NCBI GenBank assembly: GCA_963788195.1
Contig: CAWBGA010000013.1
Coordinates: 402,254-466,253 of the forward strand
Direction of reading: 5' to 3'
DNA length: 64,000 bases
From: Nitrospirota bacterium
GTDB taxonomy: Bacteria; Nitrospirota; Nitrospiria; Nitrospirales; NS-4
Both the position numbers and the translations under genes were made by a program. The notes beneath the pieces are model-generated. The model saw only the letters and a list, made by a program, of their open reading frames with translations, did not search any database and had not been told where the DNA came from. This document shows, one piece after another, positions 10,838 to 19,494 of this stretch. Every line of letters starts with the position of its first letter. Within the stretch, counting starts at the first letter, position 1.

Positions 10838-10973
10838 GCCTAAATTATCGGCCGGTAGCACATCCCGACTTGAGGTAGAGATGTCACAGGGTTTCAGGCC
10901 AAGGACCCTTTTGTCCTTGAACGTCAGAGCAAAACTGCCCACAATGGGATGAGGTTTTTACGCCGGAGAACAG

Positions 10974-11594
10974 ATGATGAAGATGAAGGTAGGGCTGATG
11001 ATCGCTGTGCTAGCAATGGTCTCCGAGATTGCCCTTGCACAAAATAATACTCTCGGGGGCGGGCTTGGGGACGGCCCACTGCCATGTGCTCCGAGTCGCT
11101 CTAATTTCGGCAGCAATTTGGGAACGGGGTCTACTGGATTGACATTACCGTATCCGGGGTCACCGCTCTCTCCCAGTTCACCTTTCGCTCCGCCGATTCC
11201 TGGTTCCACGCTCACCCCTCCTCTCGGCGGTAACCCTGGAACGGGGATTTACTCAGGAAACAGACTCAGTCCAAGTAGCGGCATCAATCCTGGCGCCAGT
11301 CTGAATCCCGGAATAGGAGCCATACCTGGAACCGGGGTGAATCCATCCGGAGGCATCAATCCTGGATCAGGCATCAACCCCGGCGTTGGCATCAATCCGG
11401 GGTCAGGCATCAACCCTGGTACGGGGTTGCTTCCCGGTAGCGGTGTGAATCTCGGTAGTGGGATTTCGCCCGGACTCCAACCAAGTGCGGGTTCCAGTTC
11501 AGGCGCGTTTACGGGCAGCGGGTTAAACCCGGGGTCGACCATGAGCCCTGGAGTGCGCTTTGGCGGCAGCTCTATTTTTGGCAATCCCTGCTGA
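10974..11594 (+). CDS. Secreted Gly/Pro/Ser-rich protein with GINPG(S) repeats
   Basis: Signal peptide (…EIALA/Q) and a repeated G[IVL]NPG hexapeptide encoded with varied codons. Confidence 0.7.
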   Translation: MMKMKVGLMIAVLAMVSEIALAQNNTLGGGLGDGPLPCAPSRSNFGSNLGTGSTGLTLPYPGSPLSPSSPFAPPIPGSTLTPPLGGNPGTGIYSGNRLSPSSGINPGASLNPGIGAIPGTGVNPSGGINPGSGINPGVGINPGSGINPGTGLLPGSGVNLGSGISPGLQPSAGSSSGAFTGSGLNPGSTMSPGVRFGGSSIFGNPC

Positions 11595-11600
11595 CGCAGA

Positions 11601-11760
11601 AAAAGGGGACAGGCTACTTTGTTTCAGGCATTCTCCACAGACGCCCGAAAACCGGTAAACAAAGCCCTGTCCCGTTCTTACCATGCAGATTTACAGCGCT
11701 CCACGAATCTATCCAATTTCCACTTGCCCGAAACAAAGTAGCCTGTTTTTCTCCCCTTTT
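11601..11760. repeat. ~160-bp element with ~30-bp imperfect terminal inverted repeats (REP/MITE-like)
   Basis: AAAAGGGGACAGGCTACTTTGTTTCAGGCA (11601-11630) pairs with TGCCCGAAACAAAGTAGCCTGT...CCCCTTTT (11725-11760). Lies between convergent genes. Confidence 0.7.
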
Positions 11761-11775
11761 TATAGACCGGAACGA

Positions 11776-12477
11776 TCAGCTGGGGACATTCCTCATGTAG
11801 AGTTTGACCTTTGGGAGGTCTGAAGCTTGGAAGGCATTGGACAACCGCAATCCGACGTATGATTTATGCGGTTTATTTAAAAAGACGCTCGCAGAATTGG
11901 GGGCATGCATATTCCAGTGCCCCGAATATTCCAGGCTGCCCGGCAAAACAACCGCCACGTGTCCGTGCGGGTCAGACACGTACACCGCGATGACGGGTGC
12001 GTTCAAGTTGGCGTATGTCTGTGCCCTGTCCAGCGCGCCTTGGCTTGACGCCGGCCCCAGCAGTGTCCATTCGTCCGGATGATTCGCCACGTACCGGGCG
12101 ATATCATTCGCCACGAGGAATTCATCGGGAACTCCGGGGAGCTCAAAATCTGCGATTCCGAACAGTAATTTCAGGGCTTTGGCCAAAAATACATTGCAGG
12201 GGCTACTGATATCTAGCCTGTGGGAATGCAAAACGGCACGGAGTTTATGCTCGACTTCGCCGCGCCACCGGTCTGCGAGACTGAGCGAATCCGCTACCCA
12301 GCCTTCTAACCTGTGCCCTAACTCTAAGAGAGGACTCTCTGGAAACGACGGGAAGTCACGGGTCTCTTCTTCCCCTGGAGGAATTTGGGCAAGCGGATGA
12401 CGAAAATCCCCATGCGCGGCGGTAGCGCCAAGGAGAATCACAAATCCCGTCAGCAAAAACGTGCGGGATGTGATCAA
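11776..12477 (-). CDS. Secreted hypothetical protein, possible CHAP/NlpC-P60-like Cys-His amidase
   Basis: Signal peptide, plus PCNVFL and HGHVAVV motifs. Confidence 0.55.
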   Translation of the reverse strand: MITSRTFLLTGFVILLGATAAHGDFRHPLAQIPPGEEETRDFPSFPESPLLELGHRLEGWVADSLSLADRWRGEVEHKLRAVLHSHRLDISSPCNVFLAKALKLLFGIADFELPGVPDEFLVANDIARYVANHPDEWTLLGPASSQGALDRAQTYANLNAPVIAVYVSDPHGHVAVVLPGSLEYSGHWNMHAPNSASVFLNKPHKSYVGLRLSNAFQASDLPKVKLYMRNVPS

Positions 12478-12704
12478 TGGGGCAACAATGTTTTGTCAGT
12501 CATTACCTTAGTATACCAGCAAACGCGATGCCAGGCGACGGCACTCCGGTCTTCAAACTGAAAATGTTATACTTCGAATGATTGAGAATGTCCAGGGCAA
12601 TTGCTCGCAACCCAAAAGTAGAATCGCTTCTCCTTGGAGTATACAAAATCGCACTGGGAGTAGGCGGTTACATTCAGCACTTTAACGTAATTACTACTCA
12701 ATCC

Positions 12705-12998
12705 CTACATTGAATGAATGCCGAATTTCGGGGCGCAGATTCGCTCGCTATGACATCTCGGGCACCGGCCGGGCCTCGTGAAACGCGCCCGGCTGCGGAA
12801 GATAAACGCGCATTGCTCGCATTCGGCCGGCTCACGAATAATCTGTCGCGTTGAGTCCCGTGCGAGGCTACGTGCGATGTGGGTTAGATGGTCTTCTATC
12901 TCACGTTCCGAGATCGCGTGGAGAGCCGCAAGGTCGTAGGCCGAATACACACCGCCGGTGAGCGTGAGCATGATTTGCTGGCGTAAGGTTAATGGCAC
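12705..12998 (-). CDS. Small HTH + zinc-ribbon transcriptional regulator
   Basis: TLRQQI...EREIEDHL.HIARS helix-turn-helix, then C..C.FIF...RPGRCPRC.SERI..P. Confidence 0.75.
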   Translation of the reverse strand: MPLTLRQQIMLTLTGGVYSAYDLAALHAISEREIEDHLTHIARSLARDSTRQIIREPAECEQCAFIFRSRARFTRPGRCPRCHSERICAPKFGIHSM

Positions 12999-13095
12999 GA
13001 CGTAAAGTAAGACGCAAACAGATCAACAGATGGGCTTGCCGAGGCGGTTAAGATTTTGCTAAGCTCCTGTCCACTCAACTCTACCGAGGTGAATC

Positions 13096-13521
13096 ATGGG
13101 AGAAGTGAATCCAGAACCGACCACGAAGGCGGTTCAGGACGTTACGGCTATCAATGTCGATCCTGCCCTCGGAGAGCGACTGTATAAGGCTGCTGTCATC
13201 CAGACACGCCAGGGCACCACAGTTCGGGTGTTGTCAAAGACCCTGGGGTCGGGAAAGATCGACGTTGTGCACTATGCCTGTGATCTCGACGCGGACGGCA
13301 CGCCTCAGGGAAAGCGGCGCATTCATCGCATCATGGCTGTCGCGCCTGAGCGATTTGACTCCGAAATCGCTACTATCCAGAAGAGCCTGAAGGCGAACAG
13401 CGAGGAGATCCAAGACACCTGGATCCACGACATGGTCGGCATGTCGGATCTCATCGCTCAGAGTAACAGCCTTGAAGACTGGACCCGCAAAATGGCGGCG
13501 GAGATTCGAAAAACCCCATAA
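13096..13521 (+). CDS. Hypothetical protein
   Basis: GAGGTG RBS, ATG start and a globular composition. Confidence 0.7.
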   Translation: MGEVNPEPTTKAVQDVTAINVDPALGERLYKAAVIQTRQGTTVRVLSKTLGSGKIDVVHYACDLDADGTPQGKRRIHRIMAVAPERFDSEIATIQKSLKANSEEIQDTWIHDMVGMSDLIAQSNSLEDWTRKMAAEIRKTP

Positions 13522-13524
13522 TCT

Positions 13525-14784
13525 CTAAACCGTAATTGCGCCGGTCGTAGGACGACGGTTCACGATCACCTCCAGGCGCCGGTGTGCTGCACGCAACGTC
13601 GCTTCCACTTGTTCAGCACTATTCCCGCGTGCGATCAGAAATCCGAGATACCGTGTGCCTTCCGGAAGCGGAACCAGTTCTTCGCCCGGCTGCGCCGTGA
13701 TCACAAGTTCCTCCACGCCGGGGACCGCCAGTGCTTCGAGCTGTCCAAGAATTTCCTGGAACACTCCTAATTTGGGGATCGGAAGCATCATGACTCCCGC
13801 CGGTTGTTGCGCCTTATCAAGCTCAGGCAGTGCCAGGCCGAGTGCATGCCGCAGAATAATCTCTTCGAGCGAAAGACCGGCCGCGAAGCGCAGCGTTCTG
13901 GAGCACCGGCCGCCGATCGAGCGAGCTGCCAGCTCGATCAGCCAGACGCCGGCGTCATTGACGCGCAGTTCGCCGTGAATCGGTCCTTGCCTCAGGCCCA
14001 ATGCTGCTGCCGCGCTGGCAGCGCACTCGGTGATCGCTGCCTGTACAGACCCGGGCAGACGGGAAGGAGTCACATAAATCGTTTCTTCAAAGAAGGGACC
14101 TTCCAGTGGATCGGGCTTGTCGAAGAGCGCCAAAACCCGAAGGCTGCCTTCGGTGAGCAGGCCCTCGAGCGCGACCTCGACCCCGGGAACGTAGTCCTCG
14201 ACCAGGATAACGCGTCCGCGCTGATCGTCAGAAGCAGGTCCTAATTTTCGGAGCAACGCACACACTCGATGAAACGCAGCGGTGAACTCAGCGGGTGTGT
14301 TGGCGCGAATGACGCCGCAGCTCGCCGATAAGCCGACGGGTTTGACCACACATGGATAGTGGACGCCTTGTCCTATGGCGGCTGGGTCCTGATGAATTGG
14401 GACGACAATAAAGCCGGGGACGGGCACACCGTGTTTCTGCAACAGTTTCCGCATCCGATGCTTATTGCGCGCTGCGGAGACGGACTCCACGGAGTTATGT
14501 GAAAGTCCTAAAGCGGCGGAGATCAGGGCCGCTATGACAGCAGTATTGTCGTCAACTCCAATGACCGCATGAACAGGATGATCGGTCGCGTAGCGAACGG
14601 CCGCATGGACGCATTCGTCAGGGTTGCCGAAGTCCAGCGCAAGCAGGTCTTGCCGGGGTATGCGGAGGCCGTGGCCTTGATGTTCCGTGCCGACGGTGAC
14701 CTGTACCTTCAGCTGTTTGGCCGCCTCGAGAAAACTTTCCGCGCGGTAGGTAGTACTTGGAAGAAGAAGCAGGAGCCGTGGCAT
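13525..14784 (-). CDS. ATP-grasp domain protein (L-amino-acid-ligase-like)
   Basis: NKHRMR.LL...GVPVP, YPCVVKP...SASCGVIRA, LVEDYVPGVE, HGELR, IELAARSIGG. Confidence 0.9.
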   Translation of the reverse strand: MPRLLLLLPSTTYRAESFLEAAKQLKVQVTVGTEHQGHGLRIPRQDLLALDFGNPDECVHAAVRYATDHPVHAVIGVDDNTAVIAALISAALGLSHNSVESVSAARNKHRMRKLLQKHGVPVPGFIVVPIHQDPAAIGQGVHYPCVVKPVGLSASCGVIRANTPAEFTAAFHRVCALLRKLGPASDDQRGRVILVEDYVPGVEVALEGLLTEGSLRVLALFDKPDPLEGPFFEETIYVTPSRLPGSVQAAITECAASAAAALGLRQGPIHGELRVNDAGVWLIELAARSIGGRCSRTLRFAAGLSLEEIILRHALGLALPELDKAQQPAGVMMLPIPKLGVFQEILGQLEALAVPGVEELVITAQPGEELVPLPEGTRYLGFLIARGNSAEQVEATLRAAHRRLEVIVNRRPTTGAITV

Positions 14785-14785
14785 G

Positions 14786-15484
14786 TCATTGGAGCCGGGA
14801 TTTGTGGAATTGCTCCAAGCGGGTATTGGCTTCGATGATGACTGCGAGGCGCCTCACGACTTCAGCGACGCGGCCCCCGGGGATCGCATAATAGCCCTCG
14901 TCGTCTCCGAGCCCGGTATAGACCCGGTTTCCAATACAGCCCAAACTCGCCGTCGCCGCTCCAGACTCAAGGGTTTCAGGGAGTACTGAACAGGTGGGGC
15001 GCCCCATGGTCGCGCCCCCGACGGCAAGGCCTACGGCCTGAGCAGCCTCCGCCAACAGCATCAGCTGTTTCACGGTTCCGCGAACCAAGACAATATCAGG
15101 TTCAAATGGCGCGTCGACAAGCGGAGCATACAATGCCACGCCAAAAGCGCCGCGGCGGCGCGGGATGGCCGGAATCTCATCCAGTGATATGTACTGCATC
15201 TCGACCATCGTGTTCACGAGTCCGTTTAGTTGCATGGCGACGTCAGGTGGAAGCTCGATGCCGTGAGTGTGGGCGCCGACGGGGCAGGTGTAGTGATCGC
15301 TCGCCTCGGTGTAGAAAACGTCGCCGTTGGCAGCCAACCGCCAGTAGCCGCACCCTGCCGGCGCAGGGGAGTCGACGCGGCGCATGCCCGAAGGCGCGGA
15401 GTCCCGGAAGGCGATCGCCACCGGAGGCAAACTCAAGTCCAGGAGTTCCTGTAACTCGGCCCCGGCTTTATTCGCGTTCATCAT
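14786..15484 (-). CDS. DUF169 family protein
   Basis: L.L..PPVAIAF, CPVGA, PDIVLV, GRPTC, SLGCIGNR.YT. Confidence 0.8.
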   Translation of the reverse strand: MMNANKAGAELQELLDLSLPPVAIAFRDSAPSGMRRVDSPAPAGCGYWRLAANGDVFYTEASDHYTCPVGAHTHGIELPPDVAMQLNGLVNTMVEMQYISLDEIPAIPRRRGAFGVALYAPLVDAPFEPDIVLVRGTVKQLMLLAEAAQAVGLAVGGATMGRPTCSVLPETLESGAATASLGCIGNRVYTGLGDDEGYYAIPGGRVAEVVRRLAVIIEANTRLEQFHKSRLQ

Positions 15485-15521
15485 TCTTGCTCCCTTTCAC
15501 CAAACCCGCCCTGAAATCTTA

Positions 15522-15711
15522 TTCCACCCACCCACCCCAAGCCATTGACCCATTGCATTTGAGGAGCAACGGGTACCCCGACAGGCTTTTATCCCGTGGA
15601 CAGATTCCTTTGCCCCATCTCACCCGCCCAACCCTGGAATCTGCCAAGACAGATTCCTTTGCCCCATCTCACCCGAACCCTGGAATCTGCCAAGACAGAT
15701 TCCTTTGCCCC
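15522..15711. repeat. Dispersed repeat cluster with tandem ~45-49-bp units
   Basis: ACAGATTCCTTTGCCCCATCTCACCCG...CCCTGGAATCTGCCAAG repeated in tandem. The same core is at 63960-63990. Confidence 0.9.
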
Positions 15712-15753
15712 TTGCTAGCGGCCCAGCATCATCCGGGACGGACCGGTTCAATG

Positions 15754-17256
15754 TCAAATGGCTTCCTGGCCGGTGGTTCGCAGCGGCCGAAGCTGTTCCT
15801 GGGTAGGTTCGGCGCAGCAGAACCAGGATTCCGTCAAGCGTGGCGCTTTCTCCTGTCCGTTCAGGCGGTCGTGAGACGCCGCCGGGACAGGACGCCCGGA
15901 AATTTCATAGGCCAACTCCCGCAAGCGCTGGAACATGGCGTCGGGACCCTCATCCTTTTGCGTGCCTTCCTGTACGGCGGCGGTCGCCAGTTCATGCAGT
16001 CGATCCATACGAGCGTCGGGGTGGGACCAGTGATATTGGAAATTGGCTTGATCCAGGGGGTGAAGAAATGTGCCGATGTCGCTTTGGTCCAGAAGCGCCG
16101 AGCCTGGGGGGACCAGAAGGCGAATGGTGTATTGCACGGGGTCAACCGCGTCTAAGAGATCGTGTGACCTGACCATCTCGAGCATCTCAACATAGTCCTC
16201 AAGAGAAGTCCACGGCGTAAAAGCCACGAAAGACGGTCGCAGCGCAATGCCCACGGTGCGGCAGACCGCAAGCGCTTCGAGAATATCTTCGCGCGTATGT
16301 CCTTTCTTTAATCGATCGAGCACTGAGTCGCTGAATGATTCTACGGCGGATATTACAAACAGGCAGCCCAATCTGTGCATTTCTTCGAACAAGGAACGTC
16401 GCTCGAGAATGTGTTCTATCTTTGCTGTAAAGTCGAACGTCAAGTGCGGAAACTCGTCGTGCATCGCGCGCAGTACTTTCATCGAATGGCCCGGTCCATT
16501 CAGAAAGTCGGGGTCTCCAAACGTGATGTGCGTCGCGCCGTCCTTCACGAGGCGACCGATGTCTTCCAGCACGCTTGTTTCCGGAATCAGAACGAGCCGG
16601 CCTTTATAAACGGGCACGATAGGGCAGTGCAGGCAGTGATGCAAGCAGCCGCGGCTGGCCTCGACGTAACCCACAAGACGTTGTCGTCCCTGGTGATCCA
16701 GCTTGGCATAACGGGCAAGCGGCGGAAGGGCGCGGCGGCTGGGAATGGGAATGATCGCCGGCAGACGGCCAAGGACCGGATGGGTAATCCGTCCTCCCAC
16801 GCTGACGCCGTCCAATTGCTTCATCCCATGCGCTCCCGGCATTTCCAAAGCCTTTACGAGCTTCACCAGCATCGCCTCGCACTCTGCGCCGATGACAGAG
16901 TCCGCAACGTGTTGAAGCAGATAGTCGGCATTTAGTGCCGCATACAGTCCGAAGAAACAGATGTGGCAGTCAGGGTTCAGCTCGCGGCACAGCTTCGCCA
17001 CCCGGACCCCGAGTCGCAGGGCGGTATGCATGGGCACGGCAATGCCGATGAATTGCGCCCGACGGACAGCGACGTCGTTGACGGCCTCGATTGCCACATC
17101 GAGGGCACGCGGTTGATATCCGGCCTCTTCCAAAAATCCAAGAGGCTGCGCGATCGCCAGCGGTTGATGACCGAGCTCGTAGCATGAGATCAGCAGAATG
17201 GCGCCCCTGTCTTGCAGGGATAAAACCGCCGTTTGCGTATCCTCATGAGCAGCCAT
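15754..17256 (-). CDS. CUAEP/CCAEP-tail B12-binding-domain radical SAM protein (Cys form)
   Basis: LISCYELGHQP N-terminal domain, SRGCLHHCLHC (CxxxCxxC), ITFGDPDF, and C-terminal RLTESWFCCAEPT (codons TGC TGC). Confidence 0.9.
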   Translation of the reverse strand: MAAHEDTQTAVLSLQDRGAILLISCYELGHQPLAIAQPLGFLEEAGYQPRALDVAIEAVNDVAVRRAQFIGIAVPMHTALRLGVRVAKLCRELNPDCHICFFGLYAALNADYLLQHVADSVIGAECEAMLVKLVKALEMPGAHGMKQLDGVSVGGRITHPVLGRLPAIIPIPSRRALPPLARYAKLDHQGRQRLVGYVEASRGCLHHCLHCPIVPVYKGRLVLIPETSVLEDIGRLVKDGATHITFGDPDFLNGPGHSMKVLRAMHDEFPHLTFDFTAKIEHILERRSLFEEMHRLGCLFVISAVESFSDSVLDRLKKGHTREDILEALAVCRTVGIALRPSFVAFTPWTSLEDYVEMLEMVRSHDLLDAVDPVQYTIRLLVPPGSALLDQSDIGTFLHPLDQANFQYHWSHPDARMDRLHELATAAVQEGTQKDEGPDAMFQRLRELAYEISGRPVPAASHDRLNGQEKAPRLTESWFCCAEPTQEQLRPLRTTGQEAI

Positions 17257-17363
17257 AGACTTCTTCGCGTCGAATTGTACCCGAATTACAGGTGGACGGT
17301 CTTCTCTTTTGGGTGAAATAAAACTCCAGGAAGGGTGGTGAGATGGAGAAGGGTGCTATGACA

Positions 17364-17732
17364 TCAGCCTCGCCACGGGAGGGCTTTCTTCACCAGATCG
17401 TAAAAGAACTGCCCGGTATCTCGGAACAGATGGCCATTCCCCTGCGATCGGGACCCATTGCGCCCGCGTTGACCGACGACGTAGCCGAACAAAATGACAC
17501 CTACCATGACCACCCAGGGATGCTGGTCGACCTGATGATAGGGATTCAATGTCCGCTTCACGCCTTGCGCCGTTTGTTTCACATCATCAATAGCATGTTG
17601 TACCTGAGACTTTGTTTGTTCGACCGCGCCGCGTACCCTGCGTTTCAGCAGGTCCAGCTTCATGGTCATTTGTTCTCTGGTCTGCAGGATTGCTCTTAGA
17701 TCTTGCTCGATGTCGCAATTTCTTTGAACCAT
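17364..17732 (-). CDS. Hypothetical membrane-anchored protein (DUF3618/ElaB-like)
   Basis: I.QTREQM..KL..L coiled coil, then HPW followed by a hydrophobic segment. Start uncertain. Confidence 0.55.
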   Translation of the reverse strand: MVQRNCDIEQDLRAILQTREQMTMKLDLLKRRVRGAVEQTKSQVQHAIDDVKQTAQGVKRTLNPYHQVDQHPWVVMVGVILFGYVVGQRGRNGSRSQGNGHLFRDTGQFFYDLVKKALPWRG

Positions 17733-18151
17733 TGGACGTTCTCCTTCAGCGTCTCGACTGTTCGCACAGGCACAATATGTATGTCCTTTACCTTCTTTGC
17801 GCAGACATTAATCAACGCCGCCGCGATGACCTTGTTCAACGCCGCCGCGATCACGAATAGTAGTACCCCGACTGTGCCGTAACACGCCCACAGAGGGAGT
17901 TCCGTGACGGCGTTCAGCAGATACACGAGCATCAATACCAGCAGAAGCCCGCCGAAGAGTGCGATGGTCCCGCTGACCGCTAAGGAGACGGCTGCGGCTA
18001 CGGCTTTGCGTACCGCATCCTGAATCTCGTGCTTGGCGAGTTGGATCTCTTGGAGCAGCAAAGTTTGCCCGTCGTTGAGGATATCGACGATCAGCCCTAC
18101 CGTGCTTTTTTCAGATGAAGATGATGATGTTTCGCGTGAAGACCCTGACAT
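17696..18151 (-). CDS. Phage-holin-family (YqjE-like) membrane protein
   Basis: TLLLQEIQLAKHEI, two TM segments, and P.RTVETLKEN.QW.KE. Confidence 0.75.
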   Translation of the reverse strand: MSGSSRETSSSSSEKSTVGLIVDILNDGQTLLLQEIQLAKHEIQDAVRKAVAAAVSLAVSGTIALFGGLLLVLMLVYLLNAVTELPLWACYGTVGVLLFVIAAALNKVIAAALINVCAKKVKDIHIVPVRTVETLKENVQWFKEIATSSKI

Positions 18152-18154
18152 GAT

Positions 18155-18505
18155 TTACCTCCTTGTGCCGCGCGCTAACAGAAATCCCAGGGTAGCGCCG
18201 ATCAGCATGAATGGGATGGGGCGGCGACGGATGATATCTGCAGTCTCATACAGAAGCTTTTCAGTGGGGCGGCCTTGGAGAAAAAACCCAGCGTCCTCTA
18301 GCGCTAGCATTAATGGAATTGCGATACCTGAACCGCCCACCAGCGGCGCGGCTTTTTGCCTCAGCGCTCTTGCAGAATCGACTAGCCTTGCGCCAATTGT
18401 TCCTAGCACTCGGTCGGGCATCGTTTCGGGTGTTTGATCGTGTCCATATTGAGATGGAGCCGTGTTGACGGCCTTTACCGGACGGATCTCCGTTGTCGTA
18501 TCCAT
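18155..18505 (-). CDS. Hypothetical protein (ElaB/YqjD-like C-terminal anchor)
   Basis: GGGAG RBS and C-terminal IRRRPIPFMLIGATLGFLLAR. Confidence 0.65.
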   Translation of the reverse strand: MDTTTEIRPVKAVNTAPSQYGHDQTPETMPDRVLGTIGARLVDSARALRQKAAPLVGGSGIAIPLMLALEDAGFFLQGRPTEKLLYETADIIRRRPIPFMLIGATLGFLLARGTRR

Positions 18506-18636
18506 AGTTCTCCCTTAAAATCCAGCAGGCAACGACATCACGCGTAGCAAATTCAGAGCCAGCGGGACAATAGACAAAAGCGAGGATTGGGAAGATAAAA
18601 AGTCGCTAGGCCCTAGCCCTATTAAAGATACGCCGG

Positions 18637-19494
18637 TCATGAGGAACGAGGCGCGCCGGGAGGCTTTCGAGGGAATTGCGACGTTGGCGAGCGCAACTTC
18701 TGAGCTGCGCGAAAATGTCGGATAGCTTCGGATTTTCTGCCCTCAGCTTCGTGCAGGAGAGCCAGATTATAATGCGCATCGGAAAACGCGGCGTCACGCG
18801 CAAGGGCCTTACGGTAAGCCATCGCCGCTTCGAGAGGATGATGCATCTCTTCCATGAGAACTCCGAAGTTAAAATGAGCGAGCGGGTCGTCAGGCGCATA
18901 GCGCAGCGCAGCTCGATAGCAACTCTCGGCCCGAGCAAATTGTCTTGACTCCTGGCACAAGCGGCCGAGATTAATATGGGCTGCCGCGCAGGCTGGATCG
19001 ATCTTCAAAGCCTGCTCATATGCACGGCACGCTTCCTCAGGGGAATCTTTTTCCAGTTCGCTGGCAAGGTCAAACCAATTGTCTGCGGTCAGGGGCGGCA
19101 GGCGGCGGGGCGCACGCTGCTTGAGGGGAAGTTGACGAGCCATGCAGCGCGGCTCAAAGTCAAAAAGAAATTGGCCCGAGTCGGGCTGCCAATGCGCGTT
19201 GCCGTCCCATACAACGACGCGACGCCCGTCGGCGTAAATCGTGACCTTCCAAAGTTGTTGATCTTCAGGGAGCTGTCGTTTCAGGGAATGCAGCATTTTT
19301 CGGATACGCGAAATGGGGACTTCCGCGTCTAAGAGGCCTTTCGTCGTCTTCAGCAGCAGAAGGTCTTGAAAAGTAAACTCCCGTGGCCCAAGCCGTCCTG
19401 TCAGGTACAGAGCGGCTCGTAAACAGGAGCGAAGGCGGGCACCGGAAAGATCGAGGATCCTCGCCACCTCCGGGGTGGTGAAGTATGTCCTCAT
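18637..19494 (-). CDS. MerR-like HTH + tetratricopeptide repeat protein
   Basis: N-terminal FTTPEVARIL...FTFQDLLLL (MerR-like HTH), middle SGQFLFDF, and TPRs (AAHINLG, AHFNFG, AHYNLA). 4-bp overlap with ku. Confidence 0.8.
   Translation of the reverse strand: MRTYFTTPEVARILDLSGARLRSCLRAALYLTGRLGPREFTFQDLLLLKTTKGLLDAEVPISRIRKMLHSLKRQLPEDQQLWKVTIYADGRRVVVWDGNAHWQPDSGQFLFDFEPRCMARQLPLKQRAPRRLPPLTADNWFDLASELEKDSPEEACRAYEQALKIDPACAAAHINLGRLCQESRQFARAESCYRAALRYAPDDPLAHFNFGVLMEEMHHPLEAAMAYRKALARDAAFSDAHYNLALLHEAEGRKSEAIRHFRAAQKLRSPTSQFPRKPPGAPRSS

Noticed and set aside
15595..15711. Possible mini-CRISPR array (repeated 17-bp block with regular spacing)
   Set aside because: The intervening segments are near-identical to each other rather than unique spacers, and no cas genes are present. 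It is part of the dispersed repeat family.
15800..15830. Selenocysteine recoding in the radical SAM tail
   Set aside because: Both codons are TGC (Cys) and there is no in-frame TGA.
15106..16155. 349-aa plus-strand ORF
   Set aside because: It is antisense to DUF169 and the radical SAM gene and crosses a repeat cluster, so it is a shadow ORF.
17696..18151. Prophage lysis module suggested by the holin-family gene
   Set aside because: YqjE-like proteins are common chromosomal stress genes, and no endolysin or phage structural genes are nearby.
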